Shown here piece after piece: positions 37,326 through 47,301 of a stretch of DNA of 64,000 nucleotides (positions are counted from its first letter, which is position 1; each line of letters opens with the position of its first letter). Source of the DNA: a virus; the IMG/VR virus record IMGVR_UViG_3300049436_000052, positions 73,433-137,432 of that record; one strand, written 5' to 3'. Made by a program: the position numbers and the translations under genes. A model generated the notes under the pieces. The model was not told where the DNA came from, made no database searches, and saw nothing but the letters and a program-made list of their open reading frames with translations.

Positions 37326-38018
37326 ATGAAAAAAAATATAAATGCTGATCTTTCAAACGAACAAATACGAAAGATTAAACATCGTTTTGATTATAAAATA
37401 AATGAATCGGTAAAATATCGTCAATTGGTTAATACTGATGAAGAATTTGATCAAATACCAACAAATGAGGCTGATGAAGAACCAGCAGAAGATCAACCAA
37501 AAGATACAAAATCAGTAGGTCTTGATGCTCCAGTTCCAGAATTTGAAAAAAATGCTGAAAACCCTGAAGAAATGCCAACAGATAATGTTGAAGCAACTCC
37601 AAATCAAGAAATTGTAAATACTGAAGCAACCGATGATAATAATGTAGATAGAATTCAAAACGATATTATTAAACATAATATTGAAGCGATGAAAAGCATT
37701 TATAGTAAATTGGAAAATCTTAATTCTTCAATTGATAATTTAAATAATAAAGTAGATAATCTAAATCTTGATGTTGAAGAAGTTCGTGAACCATCAAATG
37801 TTGAAAAATTAATAAACAAGAAAAATGTTTCATATCCTTACTATTTTAATCTAAACGATCTGTGGTCAAAAAATTGGTTTAGTGAAAAATATAATAATAG
37901 TGATGAAGTCGAAAATGGTATAAAAAGATTACCAGACGGAACATATGTCGCAGACTTTGATGATATTAGTCAAACATCTAATTTTGATGTGAAAAAAAGC
38001 TTTAATGATTACCAATAA
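37326..38018 (+). CDS. Acidic coiled-coil late protein (head/scaffold-like)
   Basis: Start revised to ATG 37326; YKINE leader, acidic linker, coiled coil, SYPY motif. Confidence 0.6.
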   Translation: MKKNINADLSNEQIRKIKHRFDYKINESVKYRQLVNTDEEFDQIPTNEADEEPAEDQPKDTKSVGLDAPVPEFEKNAENPEEMPTDNVEATPNQEIVNTEATDDNNVDRIQNDIIKHNIEAMKSIYSKLENLNSSIDNLNNKVDNLNLDVEEVREPSNVEKLINKKNVSYPYYFNLNDLWSKNWFSEKYNNSDEVENGIKRLPDGTYVADFDDISQTSNFDVKKSFNDYQ

Positions 38019-38468
38019 ATGATTTTAAACAATTCACATAATAGTAAAAAAAGATTATTTGAAGTTTTTCAAAAAGTAAATGGTGTTAAAATAAATGAAA
38101 CCATTCTTCCAAAAGAAAAAAAAGAAGAACTTTTAAACGAACTTGTTATATATGTTGCAGAAAAATTGGGTTTAAACGAACTTCCAAAGATAAATTTATC
38201 TTATGAAGAAAATAAAGCATCTGAAAATAAATCATTTGGTGGGTATAATCCAACACACAAATCTATTTTATTGATAATGACCAATAGAAACTTAGCAGAT
38301 GCTGGCAGAACATTGGCTCATGAATTAAAACATTATGAACAAGATTTAAAAGGTTTATTGAATAACGAATCTGGTATAACTGGAAGTGAAGAAGAAAATG
38401 AAGCAAATACGTTTGCAGGAATAATAATGAGAGAATTTGGGAAGTTGTATCCTGAAATTTTCGAATAA
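38019..38468 (+). CDS. Zincin metallopeptidase with RLxExFQxVN..KINE leader
   Basis: TLAHELKHYEQ (HExxH) and ENEAN third ligand. Confidence 0.75.
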   Translation: MILNNSHNSKKRLFEVFQKVNGVKINETILPKEKKEELLNELVIYVAEKLGLNELPKINLSYEENKASENKSFGGYNPTHKSILLIMTNRNLADAGRTLAHELKHYEQDLKGLLNNESGITGSEEENEANTFAGIIMREFGKLYPEIFE

Positions 38469-38482
38469 ATAAAAAATATATC

Positions 38483-38914
38483 ATGGAAAAAATTAGAGAA
38501 CTATTAAATAAACTAGAAAATGGTGAAAATTTGGATATTGTAGATAGATTTGAATTAGCACAAGGTTTTAGAGAATTAATTCATTTTAAAGATGCATATA
38601 CTGGTTTATATTGTATGGATTGCCATCCGTCTGAATTATTGGAAAAACTAAACAATAGTCAATCTGATGCACATTCACTTCCTATTGAAGATTTAGAAGA
38701 CTTAAATAAAGATTGGATTAAATTTGTTAATAATGAAAATTTTAAAAAAAGCCCATTTATTCAATTAGATGGGGAGTTAAATGAATTAAATTATTTAGAA
38801 ATTATTAATGATTTGTGTATTCAATCATTACCACCAGATTTATATGAAAATTGGGTTGATATAAAAGAATCTTTAATCAAAAATAGAAGAAAATTAAAAA
38901 TTAATACTAAATAA
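38483..38914 (+). CDS. Hypothetical protein
   Basis: 143-aa ORF. Confidence 0.6.
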   Translation: MEKIRELLNKLENGENLDIVDRFELAQGFRELIHFKDAYTGLYCMDCHPSELLEKLNNSQSDAHSLPIEDLEDLNKDWIKFVNNENFKKSPFIQLDGELNELNYLEIINDLCIQSLPPDLYENWVDIKESLIKNRRKLKINTK

Positions 38915-38922
38915 TAAAAACA

Positions 38923-40062
38923 ATGAAAGTATATACTCCAATAGGAAGCAAAGAAAGATTAGTCGAAATGTTTCAAAACGTTAATAAAATAAAAATTAAT
39001 GAAATGTTTGATCAGAGCAATATATTAATTCAATCTTTTGAAAAACTAAAAAACAATCAAATTGACACAAGTAACGTTAAAACACAAGTAGAAGGAAATA
39101 ATACTTTTGTTGAAATTGATGGTGTTGATGAAAATCAAAACAATCTTTTGTTCGTTTTTGAAACAATTGCTGAAGAATCGGATCAAGATAATGTTTTAGA
39201 AATCAAAGAAGTAAAATTAAATCAATTTGTTTTAAAATCAAACAATGATGAACTTATTATTGAAATGGATGAAAACGAATTAGCTAGTTTTAATTCACAA
39301 CATGCAGAAGAATTGATTGATTTAATAAAAGAATATGTTGATGTTGAATCTGATATTGAAAATCAAATGTATGAAGAAGTTATAAAAAAAATTGATAGCT
39401 ATCCATTTGGCGGAGGATCTGAAAGATTTCAAACAGGAAAACAATATGCAGATGAAAAACCAACAAATCCTGAACTTAGAGTTAAAAGTGACGAATTAGA
39501 TAAGTTTGTTGATGAAACAATAGAAGATATTAACGATGTCCAAGTTGGTGATATATATGTTGAAAATTCCAGCAACATTCCTTATGAAATTGAAAATATT
39601 GATTTAAATATAAATAAGGCAAGTATAATAAATAAAAAAAGTGGTGATAAATATCAAGTTTCTATAAAATATTTAATAAATAACTTTAATAAAGTCGAAG
39701 AACCAGAATTTAGTGTTGATGAAAATCAAACAGAAGTAGAACCAGATATTGAACAAATTGAAAAGGAAAGAGAAGAAAATGGTGATATGATTCAAGGTGG
39801 TTTGGGTGATGATAAATCTCCAGAAGATTTTGATCCAGAACAAATAAGTATGGGTATTAAAGTGGAAATGGAACACACAAACGATCCACGAATTGCATTA
39901 GATATAACGATCGACCATCTTTCTGAAAATCCCCTCTATTATTCATATTTAGACAAAATGGAAAAAGAAATGAATAACGATGAAGAAAATAATCCAGATG
40001 AAGATTTAGAAGATGAATTACTTGGATTTAAACCGCTAAATGTTGGTGATAATATGAATTAA
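38923..40062 (+). CDS. Acidic protein with RLxExFQxVN..KINE leader and C-terminal DUF5661-like domain
   Basis: MGIKVEMEHT...DHLSENPLYYSYL. Confidence 0.7.
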   Translation: MKVYTPIGSKERLVEMFQNVNKIKINEMFDQSNILIQSFEKLKNNQIDTSNVKTQVEGNNTFVEIDGVDENQNNLLFVFETIAEESDQDNVLEIKEVKLNQFVLKSNNDELIIEMDENELASFNSQHAEELIDLIKEYVDVESDIENQMYEEVIKKIDSYPFGGGSERFQTGKQYADEKPTNPELRVKSDELDKFVDETIEDINDVQVGDIYVENSSNIPYEIENIDLNINKASIINKKSGDKYQVSIKYLINNFNKVEEPEFSVDENQTEVEPDIEQIEKEREENGDMIQGGLGDDKSPEDFDPEQISMGIKVEMEHTNDPRIALDITIDHLSENPLYYSYLDKMEKEMNNDEENNPDEDLEDELLGFKPLNVGDNMN

Positions 40063-40089
40063 TAATAAAATAAATATAAAATAATTTTC

Positions 40090-40119
40090 AAGGCTGTCAG
40101 TTACGTGATGGCCTTTTTT
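40090..40119 (+). terminator. Rho-independent terminator
   Basis: AAGGCTGTCA/TGATGGCCTT stem followed by T-run. Confidence 0.75.
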
Positions 40120-40152
40120 ATTTCAACAAAAAATGATTATTGTATTTTTCAG

Positions 40153-40160
40153 TATTTATA
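40153..40160 (+). promoter_or_regulatory. Putative late promoter TATTTATA
   Basis: CAGTATTTATATTAAAA. Confidence 0.65.
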
Positions 40161-40182
40161 TTAAAAATTAAACTATAAAGAG

Positions 40183-41592
40183 ATGTCAATATTTAGAAAT
40201 TACTTTAGTAAGAACAATGGCTTAATTGATAATAATCTTACAAACAATTCGCAAAATCCGGTTCATGAGACGAGTTATGGAACTTATAATCAACAAGTTA
40301 GTAGATTTATATTCGACATTGATTTAGAAAATTTAAAAGATAAAATTGATTCAGGTTTAATAAATCCAAATAAAATAGTTAGTCATAAATTACATATGAC
40401 AAATACTATAAGTAATGCACAAGAATATCTAGGAAAGAAATCATACATATCAACAATTGAAAGAGCAACAAGTTTTACCTTAGATTTATTTAATGTTGAT
40501 GAAGAATGGGATGAAGGAAGTGGTTATGAATTTGTCTATAATGATGAATTATATCCAGATATTCCACAGCAAGCATCAAATTGGTTTTATAAAAAAACAA
40601 ATGAATTGTGGAACAATGAAGGAGCTTATAATTCGGGAACTACTTTCATAATTGGAAATCAAAGATTCGAAAAAGGTTGCGAAGATATCGAAATAGATGT
40701 TACTGATTATATTAATCAAAAATTATTTACAAGTGGATATACAGGAACATCAACTTTTACAGGTACTTCATATGGATTGGGATTAAAATTTACAGACGAA
40801 CTTGAAAGTTTAGAAACAGAATTTAGAGAAGCAGTTGCATTTCACACAAAACATACAAATACTTGGTATGAACCCTATATTGAAACTATTATTGATGATA
40901 CAATAACCGATGACAGAAATTATTTTTATTTGGATAAGGATAATGATCTTTATTTATATGTAAATATTGGAAATTTCCCACAAAATATAATCGTTAATCA
41001 AGTTAATATATACGATTATGAAGATAATATGATATTAACTTTTAGTGGTAATACTGTCGAAAATGTAACAAAAGGCATATATAAAATAACTTTAAATATT
41101 GATTCTATTACATATCCAGATGCAGTATTATTTAGAGACGAATGGATTTTAACTATAAACGATAGAGAAGTTAAGTATAATGGAGACTTTTATCTAATTT
41201 CCCAAGACAAATATTATTCGTTCGATAATAGCAATCAAATAAATTTTAATAACTATCATTTCAATTTTTGGGGAATTAGTGAAAAAGAAAACATTAGAAG
41301 AGGAATAACTAAAAAAATAAAATTGAGCATCAAAGAATTATATCCTATTCAAGATAACTTTATACCACTTCAAATTGAATATAGACTATTTACAACTGTT
41401 GGTAAAAAATATGAAATTGATGTAATACCATTTACTAATGTAAATCGAACAAATACTGGTTATGAATTTAATCTTGATACTTCGTGGCTAATACCACAAG
41501 ATTATTACCTGCAAATAAGAATGAGAGATGGAAATTATTATGAGAATAAAGAAACACTTTCATTCACAATTGTTTCAGATGGGGTTATATGA
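40183..41592 (+). CDS. Virion structural protein (DNRLRE-like beta-sandwich)
   Basis: SRFIF, WDEGSG, IDVTDYIN motifs; late motif upstream. Confidence 0.6.
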   Translation: MSIFRNYFSKNNGLIDNNLTNNSQNPVHETSYGTYNQQVSRFIFDIDLENLKDKIDSGLINPNKIVSHKLHMTNTISNAQEYLGKKSYISTIERATSFTLDLFNVDEEWDEGSGYEFVYNDELYPDIPQQASNWFYKKTNELWNNEGAYNSGTTFIIGNQRFEKGCEDIEIDVTDYINQKLFTSGYTGTSTFTGTSYGLGLKFTDELESLETEFREAVAFHTKHTNTWYEPYIETIIDDTITDDRNYFYLDKDNDLYLYVNIGNFPQNIIVNQVNIYDYEDNMILTFSGNTVENVTKGIYKITLNIDSITYPDAVLFRDEWILTINDREVKYNGDFYLISQDKYYSFDNSNQINFNNYHFNFWGISEKENIRRGITKKIKLSIKELYPIQDNFIPLQIEYRLFTTVGKKYEIDVIPFTNVNRTNTGYEFNLDTSWLIPQDYYLQIRMRDGNYYENKETLSFTIVSDGVI

Positions 41593-41650
41593 TTTCAAAA
41601 ATTTATTTAACATTTTTTGTATTTTATTAACAAATGACATATTTTTTTTA

Positions 41651-41719
41651 TAATTTTGTAAACTATTATATTTAAGAATTAACAACTTTTAATTTAATTA
41701 CGTTAAAGTTAGTTAATTC
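41651..41719 (+). promoter_or_regulatory. TAATTTTG -7 element and 5' leader hairpin of the SSB gene
   Basis: GAATTAACAACTTT...AAAGTTAGTTAATTC stem followed by an AT-rich leader. Confidence 0.4.
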
Positions 41720-41760
41720 GAAACAATTACTTATTATTATATATTTTAAATTAATTTATT

Positions 41761-42993
41761 ATGGAAAATCAAAATTTGAATGGTAATGCAGCCGAAATTG
41801 CAGCTTTAAAAGAAAAAATGAGAAAAATTCAGGAAGAACAAGCAAAGAAAAATGTTTCTCCTAAAAGAAAAGGAGAAGAACTATTAAAAAAGTTTTTTAT
41901 CCCAAAGAATCCAACTGAAATGTTTAGAATTCTTCCTCCAAAACAAGGAAGAGATTTTTATGAAACTGCTTTCTTCCACGAAGTAATGGTTAACACTCCT
42001 AGTGGATATAAAAAGAAAAGTAGTATCTATTGTCCTAGACACAACAATCCTAAAGTTCCTAGATTAGATGTTAATGGTAATCCAATTTTAGACGGAAATG
42101 GTAAACCAATAATGGATTACGCACCATGTCCACTTTGCGATAAATATGACAGTATCATATCTACTCAAGATCCATCTGTTAAATTTATCAAAAAAGATAA
42201 TATGAATGATTATCAAAAGAAAATTTTGGCTAATAATACCGAAATTCTAAAAAAAGCAAATGAATGGAAAGCCAGAAAATTCTTTATATTAAAAGGTATC
42301 GACAAAGGTCAGGAAAAAGATGGAATCAAATTCTGGAGATTCAAAGAAACTTTTGATGGACAAGGTGTTTGGGATAAATTATTTCCAATCACTTATTTAT
42401 ATGTAAATCAAAAAAATAAAGATTTTACAAACGAAAAAGAGGGTTGCGATCTAATCATCCTTTCTCTTGAAAAAGAAAACAAAAGAACCAGAAAAATGTA
42501 TCCTGCTGTTAGCGTAATTACTGCAAGCGAATCATGTCCATTACACGGAGATCCACACGTAATTCAACAATGGCTTAGTGATACAATGACTTGGCGTGAA
42601 GTTTTTAAACCAAAATCTGCACCAAACATCACCCCTTACGAATACATGCAAATGATCGTTAATGGTGTTGATCCATATTGGAATGATGTTGATGCAAACA
42701 ACAAACATTGGGTATTTCCAAATAACCCAGAATTGCAAAGTAAAGCAAATACCCGTACTCAAAATCTTGACTCTGGTGCTGGCGATAAATTTGAATCTGC
42801 ATCTGATGTTAGTTATGATTATGTGCCACCAGTTACTATCTCAAATGTAACACCAAACAATGTTGGTACTTTCAAAGACAATTCGCTTAACGTTGGTGCT
42901 GAAGTTATGAATAATCATACTGAAGTTTCAAATGAAGGTGAAGTGTCAGGTAATGAATCTGATGACTACGATGATTCAGAACTTCCTTTTTAA
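41761..42993 (+). CDS. Single-stranded DNA-binding protein (T4 gp32-like)
   Basis: FRILPP, FFHE, CP...CPLC, EGCDL, acidic tail ending DDSELPF. Confidence 0.85.
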   Translation: MENQNLNGNAAEIAALKEKMRKIQEEQAKKNVSPKRKGEELLKKFFIPKNPTEMFRILPPKQGRDFYETAFFHEVMVNTPSGYKKKSSIYCPRHNNPKVPRLDVNGNPILDGNGKPIMDYAPCPLCDKYDSIISTQDPSVKFIKKDNMNDYQKKILANNTEILKKANEWKARKFFILKGIDKGQEKDGIKFWRFKETFDGQGVWDKLFPITYLYVNQKNKDFTNEKEGCDLIILSLEKENKRTRKMYPAVSVITASESCPLHGDPHVIQQWLSDTMTWREVFKPKSAPNITPYEYMQMIVNGVDPYWNDVDANNKHWVFPNNPELQSKANTRTQNLDSGAGDKFESASDVSYDYVPPVTISNVTPNNVGTFKDNSLNVGAEVMNNHTEVSNEGEVSGNESDDYDDSELPF

Positions 42994-43514
42994 TGTTTTT
43001 TCACATAAAAATGAAAAAATGTATCTGTTGTAGTATTGAGAAAGAATTATTAGAATTCTATGTCCATCCCAAAATGAGGGATGGACATCTCAATAAATGT
43101 AAAGAATGTTGTAAAAAACAAGCTGATTTACGAGAAAAAAAGTTACGAAAAGATCCTGAATGGTGTGAAAATGAACGAATAAGAAGTAAAGAAAAATATT
43201 ATCGTTTAAATTATAGAGAAACACAATTTTATCAAAATAAATTAAAGGTTTATAAAAACTCTAAATATAAGGGTTTATCTAAAAAATTAAAATTATCATC
43301 CAATGAGAATGTACATCATTGGAATTATCATTTGATTGAAGATGTGATTATTTTAGATAGAATGTTTCATAGATTTGTTCATAGATATTTAACATTAGAT
43401 AAAGAATTGTTAATTTTCACAAGCAAAGAAGGTGATTTGTTAGATTCTAAAGAAAAACATTTAGAATATATTAAAAAATTAAATTTATTATTTAATAAGG
43501 ATAAAAAGTTATGA
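42993..43514 (+). CDS. Free-standing HNH homing endonuclease-like protein (start probably 43011)
   Basis: KKCICC...EFY...DG...CKEC zinc domain; VHHWNY...FHRFVH. Confidence 0.7.
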   Translation: MFFHIKMKKCICCSIEKELLEFYVHPKMRDGHLNKCKECCKKQADLREKKLRKDPEWCENERIRSKEKYYRLNYRETQFYQNKLKVYKNSKYKGLSKKLKLSSNENVHHWNYHLIEDVIILDRMFHRFVHRYLTLDKELLIFTSKEGDLLDSKEKHLEYIKKLNLLFNKDKKL

Positions 43515-44638
43515 CAAAAAAAATAGAAAATGAAGTACCCTTAAATGATAAGGTTAGAAAACCTACCCCTAAAAAAACATTTAATTTGGAGGATTATAAA
43601 AAGAATGTTGGTGCAGACGATGTTCCAGATAAACCATTAGAATGGATTAAAATTGATGATGCATTAGAAGAGGTTACAGGTATGCCAGGTTTCCCAAAGG
43701 GTTATGTATCAAGCTGTTTGGGATTTTCTAATTCAGGAAAATCTACAGGAATTGAACTTGGAATTGTTAATGGTCAAAAAATGGGTTTACTACCAATAAT
43801 CATAGATACTGAAAACAATATGGGTAAATATAGATTATCATTAATGGGGTTTGATTGGGGAGGAAATTACATTTCAATTGATAATGAATTTTTACTTGAA
43901 AAATTTGGAAGACCTAAAGACAAAAACAGAACTCGTGCATCTATTGAAGATTTAGCAAGTTGTGTAAGATTTTTTTTACGTGAACAAGAAAGTGGAAAAT
44001 TACCTTTTGAATTATTATTTGCTATTGATTCTATAGGTGTTATGGATTGTAATCAAGTAATTGAAGCAACAGATAATGATGAAAAGACAAATAATCTATG
44101 GAATGCTGGTAGTTATGAGCGTGAATTTAAATCGTTATTCAATGAAATTATCCCTAACAGTAGGAAAATCAACAAGTTATATACAAATACCGTGATTTTA
44201 GTTCAAAAGATTGGTTATGATGCAATGAATAATGCAATAACCATGAAAGGCGGCAAAATGTGGGAATATGTGCCCAGGTTACAATTCTTCTTCGGCAATG
44301 TGCTTACAAAGGGCGTTAAGAAAATAACTGCGGTTTCAAAAAAAAGGGACGTTTCATACGGAATTTCTTGTCGAGTACAAGTACTTAAGAATCAGATAGA
44401 TAGTCCATTAGGAGGAATTTCTATGGAAGGCCCAATAATATCTACACCACATGGTTATGTTGTTCCTGATAAGTTGGATGAATATAAGAAAAAAAATATA
44501 CTATATTTTCGTAATCTATTTGGAGAAAATTTAAATGTTGATGATATTGAAGATGGTGAAAGAATTGAAACTGAAGAAGGGAAATTAATAAGTAGTGGTA
44601 AGTTAAACATAAATAATGATGAGACTGAAATAAAATAA
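43511..44638 (+). CDS. uvsX: RecA/UvsX-like recombinase
   Basis: Walker A GFSNSGKST, IDTE, Walker B FAIDSIG, MKGG, VLKNQ. Confidence 0.85.
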   Translation: MTKKIENEVPLNDKVRKPTPKKTFNLEDYKKNVGADDVPDKPLEWIKIDDALEEVTGMPGFPKGYVSSCLGFSNSGKSTGIELGIVNGQKMGLLPIIIDTENNMGKYRLSLMGFDWGGNYISIDNEFLLEKFGRPKDKNRTRASIEDLASCVRFFLREQESGKLPFELLFAIDSIGVMDCNQVIEATDNDEKTNNLWNAGSYEREFKSLFNEIIPNSRKINKLYTNTVILVQKIGYDAMNNAITMKGGKMWEYVPRLQFFFGNVLTKGVKKITAVSKKRDVSYGISCRVQVLKNQIDSPLGGISMEGPIISTPHGYVVPDKLDEYKKKNILYFRNLFGENLNVDDIEDGERIETEEGKLISSGKLNINNDETEIK

Positions 44639-44644
44639 TTATTT

Positions 44645-44670
44645 AATGGGTGATATATTCACCCATTTCT
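44645..44670 (+). terminator. Hairpin / likely terminator
   Basis: AATGGGTGA-TATAT-TCACCCATT then T-rich. Confidence 0.6.
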
Positions 44671-44705
44671 TATTTTTAAATATAGAATGAAAAAACTCTA
44701 AAATC

Positions 44706-45752
44706 ATGAAAACACGTACATTATTAATTGATGGATCATATTTACTAAAACGTTCATTCAACGGAGCAAAAGATTTATATACTAACAAATTCGGCCATAT
44801 TGGATGTTTGTATCAAACAATTACCATGTTACGTCTTCTCATTAGTAAATATCAAATCAACAAATGCATTTTTTTTGTTGATGGATCTATGAGTGGTAAA
44901 GAACGTTATCAATTAGATCATGCTTATAAAGCAAATAGGAAAAATAAATCATGGTATGGTGGAATTGAATTAAGTGAATCTGAAATAAAAATAGAAAAAG
45001 AGAAAGAAGTTTCATATTTATTACAAATGAAACGAGTTCAAAGTTATCTTGAGGAACTATTTATTAGACAAATACAAATCGAAGAAGTCGAATCCGATGA
45101 TTTAATAGCATCCTATGTCTTATCCCACAACAATCTTGAAGAAATGTATATTTACAGTGCAGATCGCGATTATGCCCAGCTTTTAAATCTAAACATAAAA
45201 ATTATTTTTCCTAATATTGATAAACCTGTTGATAATTTAAATTACTCATTATATTTCAAACATCATTATACAAATGCATTGCCAATAAAAATTATTTGTG
45301 GGGATACTTCAGATAATATAAAAGGTATTGAGGGGATAAAAGAAACGACATTATTAAAACATATTCCTGAGTTAAAATTTAAGACACATACGGTTAACGA
45401 TATTTGTAAAAAAGCAAAGGAGATAAATGAAGAACGTGTTGCAAATAAGATGAAGCCGTTAAAATGTTTTGAAAATTTAATAAAAGGTTATGATCGATTA
45501 AGGTTGAATTACAAGTTAATGAATTTAAAAGAACCAATGTTAAGTGAAGAGGCAATTGAAGAATTAAAGCAACTTGAAATGCCATTATCTCCAGATGATC
45601 GTGGAAGTGAAAATTTAATTAAGATGATGATGGAAGATGAATTTTTAACAATATATAAAGGAACATTCATTGATTATGTCAAACCTTTTTATACAGTTAT
45701 TATGAATGAGAAACAGATGTTAAATGAATATTATAAAAATAGGAAAAAATGA
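44706..45752 (+). CDS. 5'-3' exonuclease / T4 RNase H-like flap endonuclease
   Basis: LLIDGS, YKANR, ESDDLIA, SADRDYAQL, GDTSDNIKGIEGI. Confidence 0.92.
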   Translation: MKTRTLLIDGSYLLKRSFNGAKDLYTNKFGHIGCLYQTITMLRLLISKYQINKCIFFVDGSMSGKERYQLDHAYKANRKNKSWYGGIELSESEIKIEKEKEVSYLLQMKRVQSYLEELFIRQIQIEEVESDDLIASYVLSHNNLEEMYIYSADRDYAQLLNLNIKIIFPNIDKPVDNLNYSLYFKHHYTNALPIKIICGDTSDNIKGIEGIKETTLLKHIPELKFKTHTVNDICKKAKEINEERVANKMKPLKCFENLIKGYDRLRLNYKLMNLKEPMLSEEAIEELKQLEMPLSPDDRGSENLIKMMMEDEFLTIYKGTFIDYVKPFYTVIMNEKQMLNEYYKNRKK

Positions 45753-46078
45753 TTGAATTTTTTGAAGGTTTAGAAATTATAAATAAATATTCGGAAATAT
45801 TTATTGTTGTTAAAAAACATAAACCATTTAGTGGTATTGTAAATATACAAGAACCATTAATGTATGTATATGATTATTCAGAAGAAAGAGAAAGATATGT
45901 AAACTACTGTGAATATAGAAAAAATAAACCTAATTTTAACGTAATTTCAAAAGGTTATTTTGTTAAACAATGCTTATGTGAAGAAGATAAACCCAGATTT
46001 GACATTAAAAATAAAAAAACTAATGAAATTATAAAAAAATGTTATTTGTATAATGGATCATGGAATACATTAAATTAA
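45749..46078 (+). CDS. Hypothetical protein
   Basis: 109-aa ORF. Confidence 0.55.
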   Translation: MIEFFEGLEIINKYSEIFIVVKKHKPFSGIVNIQEPLMYVYDYSEERERYVNYCEYRKNKPNFNVISKGYFVKQCLCEEDKPRFDIKNKKTNEIIKKCYLYNGSWNTLN

Positions 46079-47010
46079 ATAGGAAAAAAATGATTGATTT
46101 AGATAAAATTGTTTCGAATAGTTGGGATTTTAGAAACTTTAATGATAATATTTTAATTAAAGGAGATTGTTTTGATATTTTTAAATTTATTGAAGATAAT
46201 AGTGTAAATGCAATAATTGCTGATTTACCATATGGTAGAACCAACTGTAAATGGGATAGTGTATTACCTTTAAATGAACATGTGTTACTAAAAAATAGAT
46301 ATTTGGAAAGAGATGAATACTATTTACTAAATTTTAATTGTGGATTATCAAAGAATGAAATTGATATTTTATGGAACACAAATAAACAACATGGTTTATG
46401 GTATCATTATAAAAGAATTCTTAAAAATAATGGTATTATAGTCTTATTTGCACAAACACCATTTGACAAAGTACTTGGTTGTTCCAATTTGGAATGGTTA
46501 AAATATGAGTGGATTTGGGAAAAAACACAAGCCACTGGTTATTTTAATGCAAAGAAAATGCCAATGAATGCTCATGAAAATATTTTAGTGTTTTATAAAA
46601 ATAAACCAACGTATAATCCACAGAAAACAGAGGGTCATAAACCTGTAAACACATATACAAAAAGTGTTGAAGTTTCTAATAAAACACAAATTTATGGTAA
46701 AGTAAAGAAGGATATAAGTGGTGGTGGTAAAACAGATAGATACCCAAGAACTGTACAGGTATTTGCATCAGATAAACAAAAAAATAAATTAAATGGAACA
46801 ATACATCCAACACAAAAACCGCTTGCATTGTTAGAATATTTGGTCAAAACATATACCAACGAAGGTGATTTAATTTTGGACAATACAATGGGTTCAGGAA
46901 CAACAAATTTGGCTTCTTTAAAATTAAATCGTAGATCAATTGGTATTGAGAAAGAAGAGGTATGGTATAATGTTGCAGTTAAAAGATGTTATGAATTTTA
47001 TAATAAATAA
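46060..47010 (+). CDS. N6A/N4C DNA methyltransferase (beta class), orphan
   Basis: DLPYG motif IV before HPTQKP and LDNTMGSGTT motif I. Confidence 0.92.
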   Translation: MEYIKLNRKKMIDLDKIVSNSWDFRNFNDNILIKGDCFDIFKFIEDNSVNAIIADLPYGRTNCKWDSVLPLNEHVLLKNRYLERDEYYLLNFNCGLSKNEIDILWNTNKQHGLWYHYKRILKNNGIIVLFAQTPFDKVLGCSNLEWLKYEWIWEKTQATGYFNAKKMPMNAHENILVFYKNKPTYNPQKTEGHKPVNTYTKSVEVSNKTQIYGKVKKDISGGGKTDRYPRTVQVFASDKQKNKLNGTIHPTQKPLALLEYLVKTYTNEGDLILDNTMGSGTTNLASLKLNRRSIGIEKEEVWYNVAVKRCYEFYNK

Positions 47011-47025
47011 ATTTAAAAAATAATT

Positions 47026-47301
47026 ATGACACCACAAGAAAAAGCAAAAGAAATTTATTCAAAGTTTTTCAGAACAACACCTCAACCATATTATAATGAA
47101 AAACATGATGAATTAAATTTTGAAATTTGGGATAAAGATTGGACAACTAAAATGGCTAAAGAACATTCATTAATAGCTATTGATGAGATTATTTCACAAT
47201 GGGAGTATATAAACACATATTTGGCAGATTTAGGTGGAGAATTAAATCCTAATTTAAAGTATTGGTATGAAGTGAAAAAGTTTTTAAATGAAATTAATTA
47301 A
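47026..47301 (+). CDS. Hypothetical protein, MTPxEKA family
   Basis: Paralog of 7715..7912. Confidence 0.7.
   Translation: MTPQEKAKEIYSKFFRTTPQPYYNEKHDELNFEIWDKDWTTKMAKEHSLIAIDEIISQWEYINTYLADLGGELNPNLKYWYEVKKFLNEIN

Noticed and set aside
46060-47010. Restriction-modification system
   Set aside because: No recognisable endonuclease partner; treated as an orphan MTase
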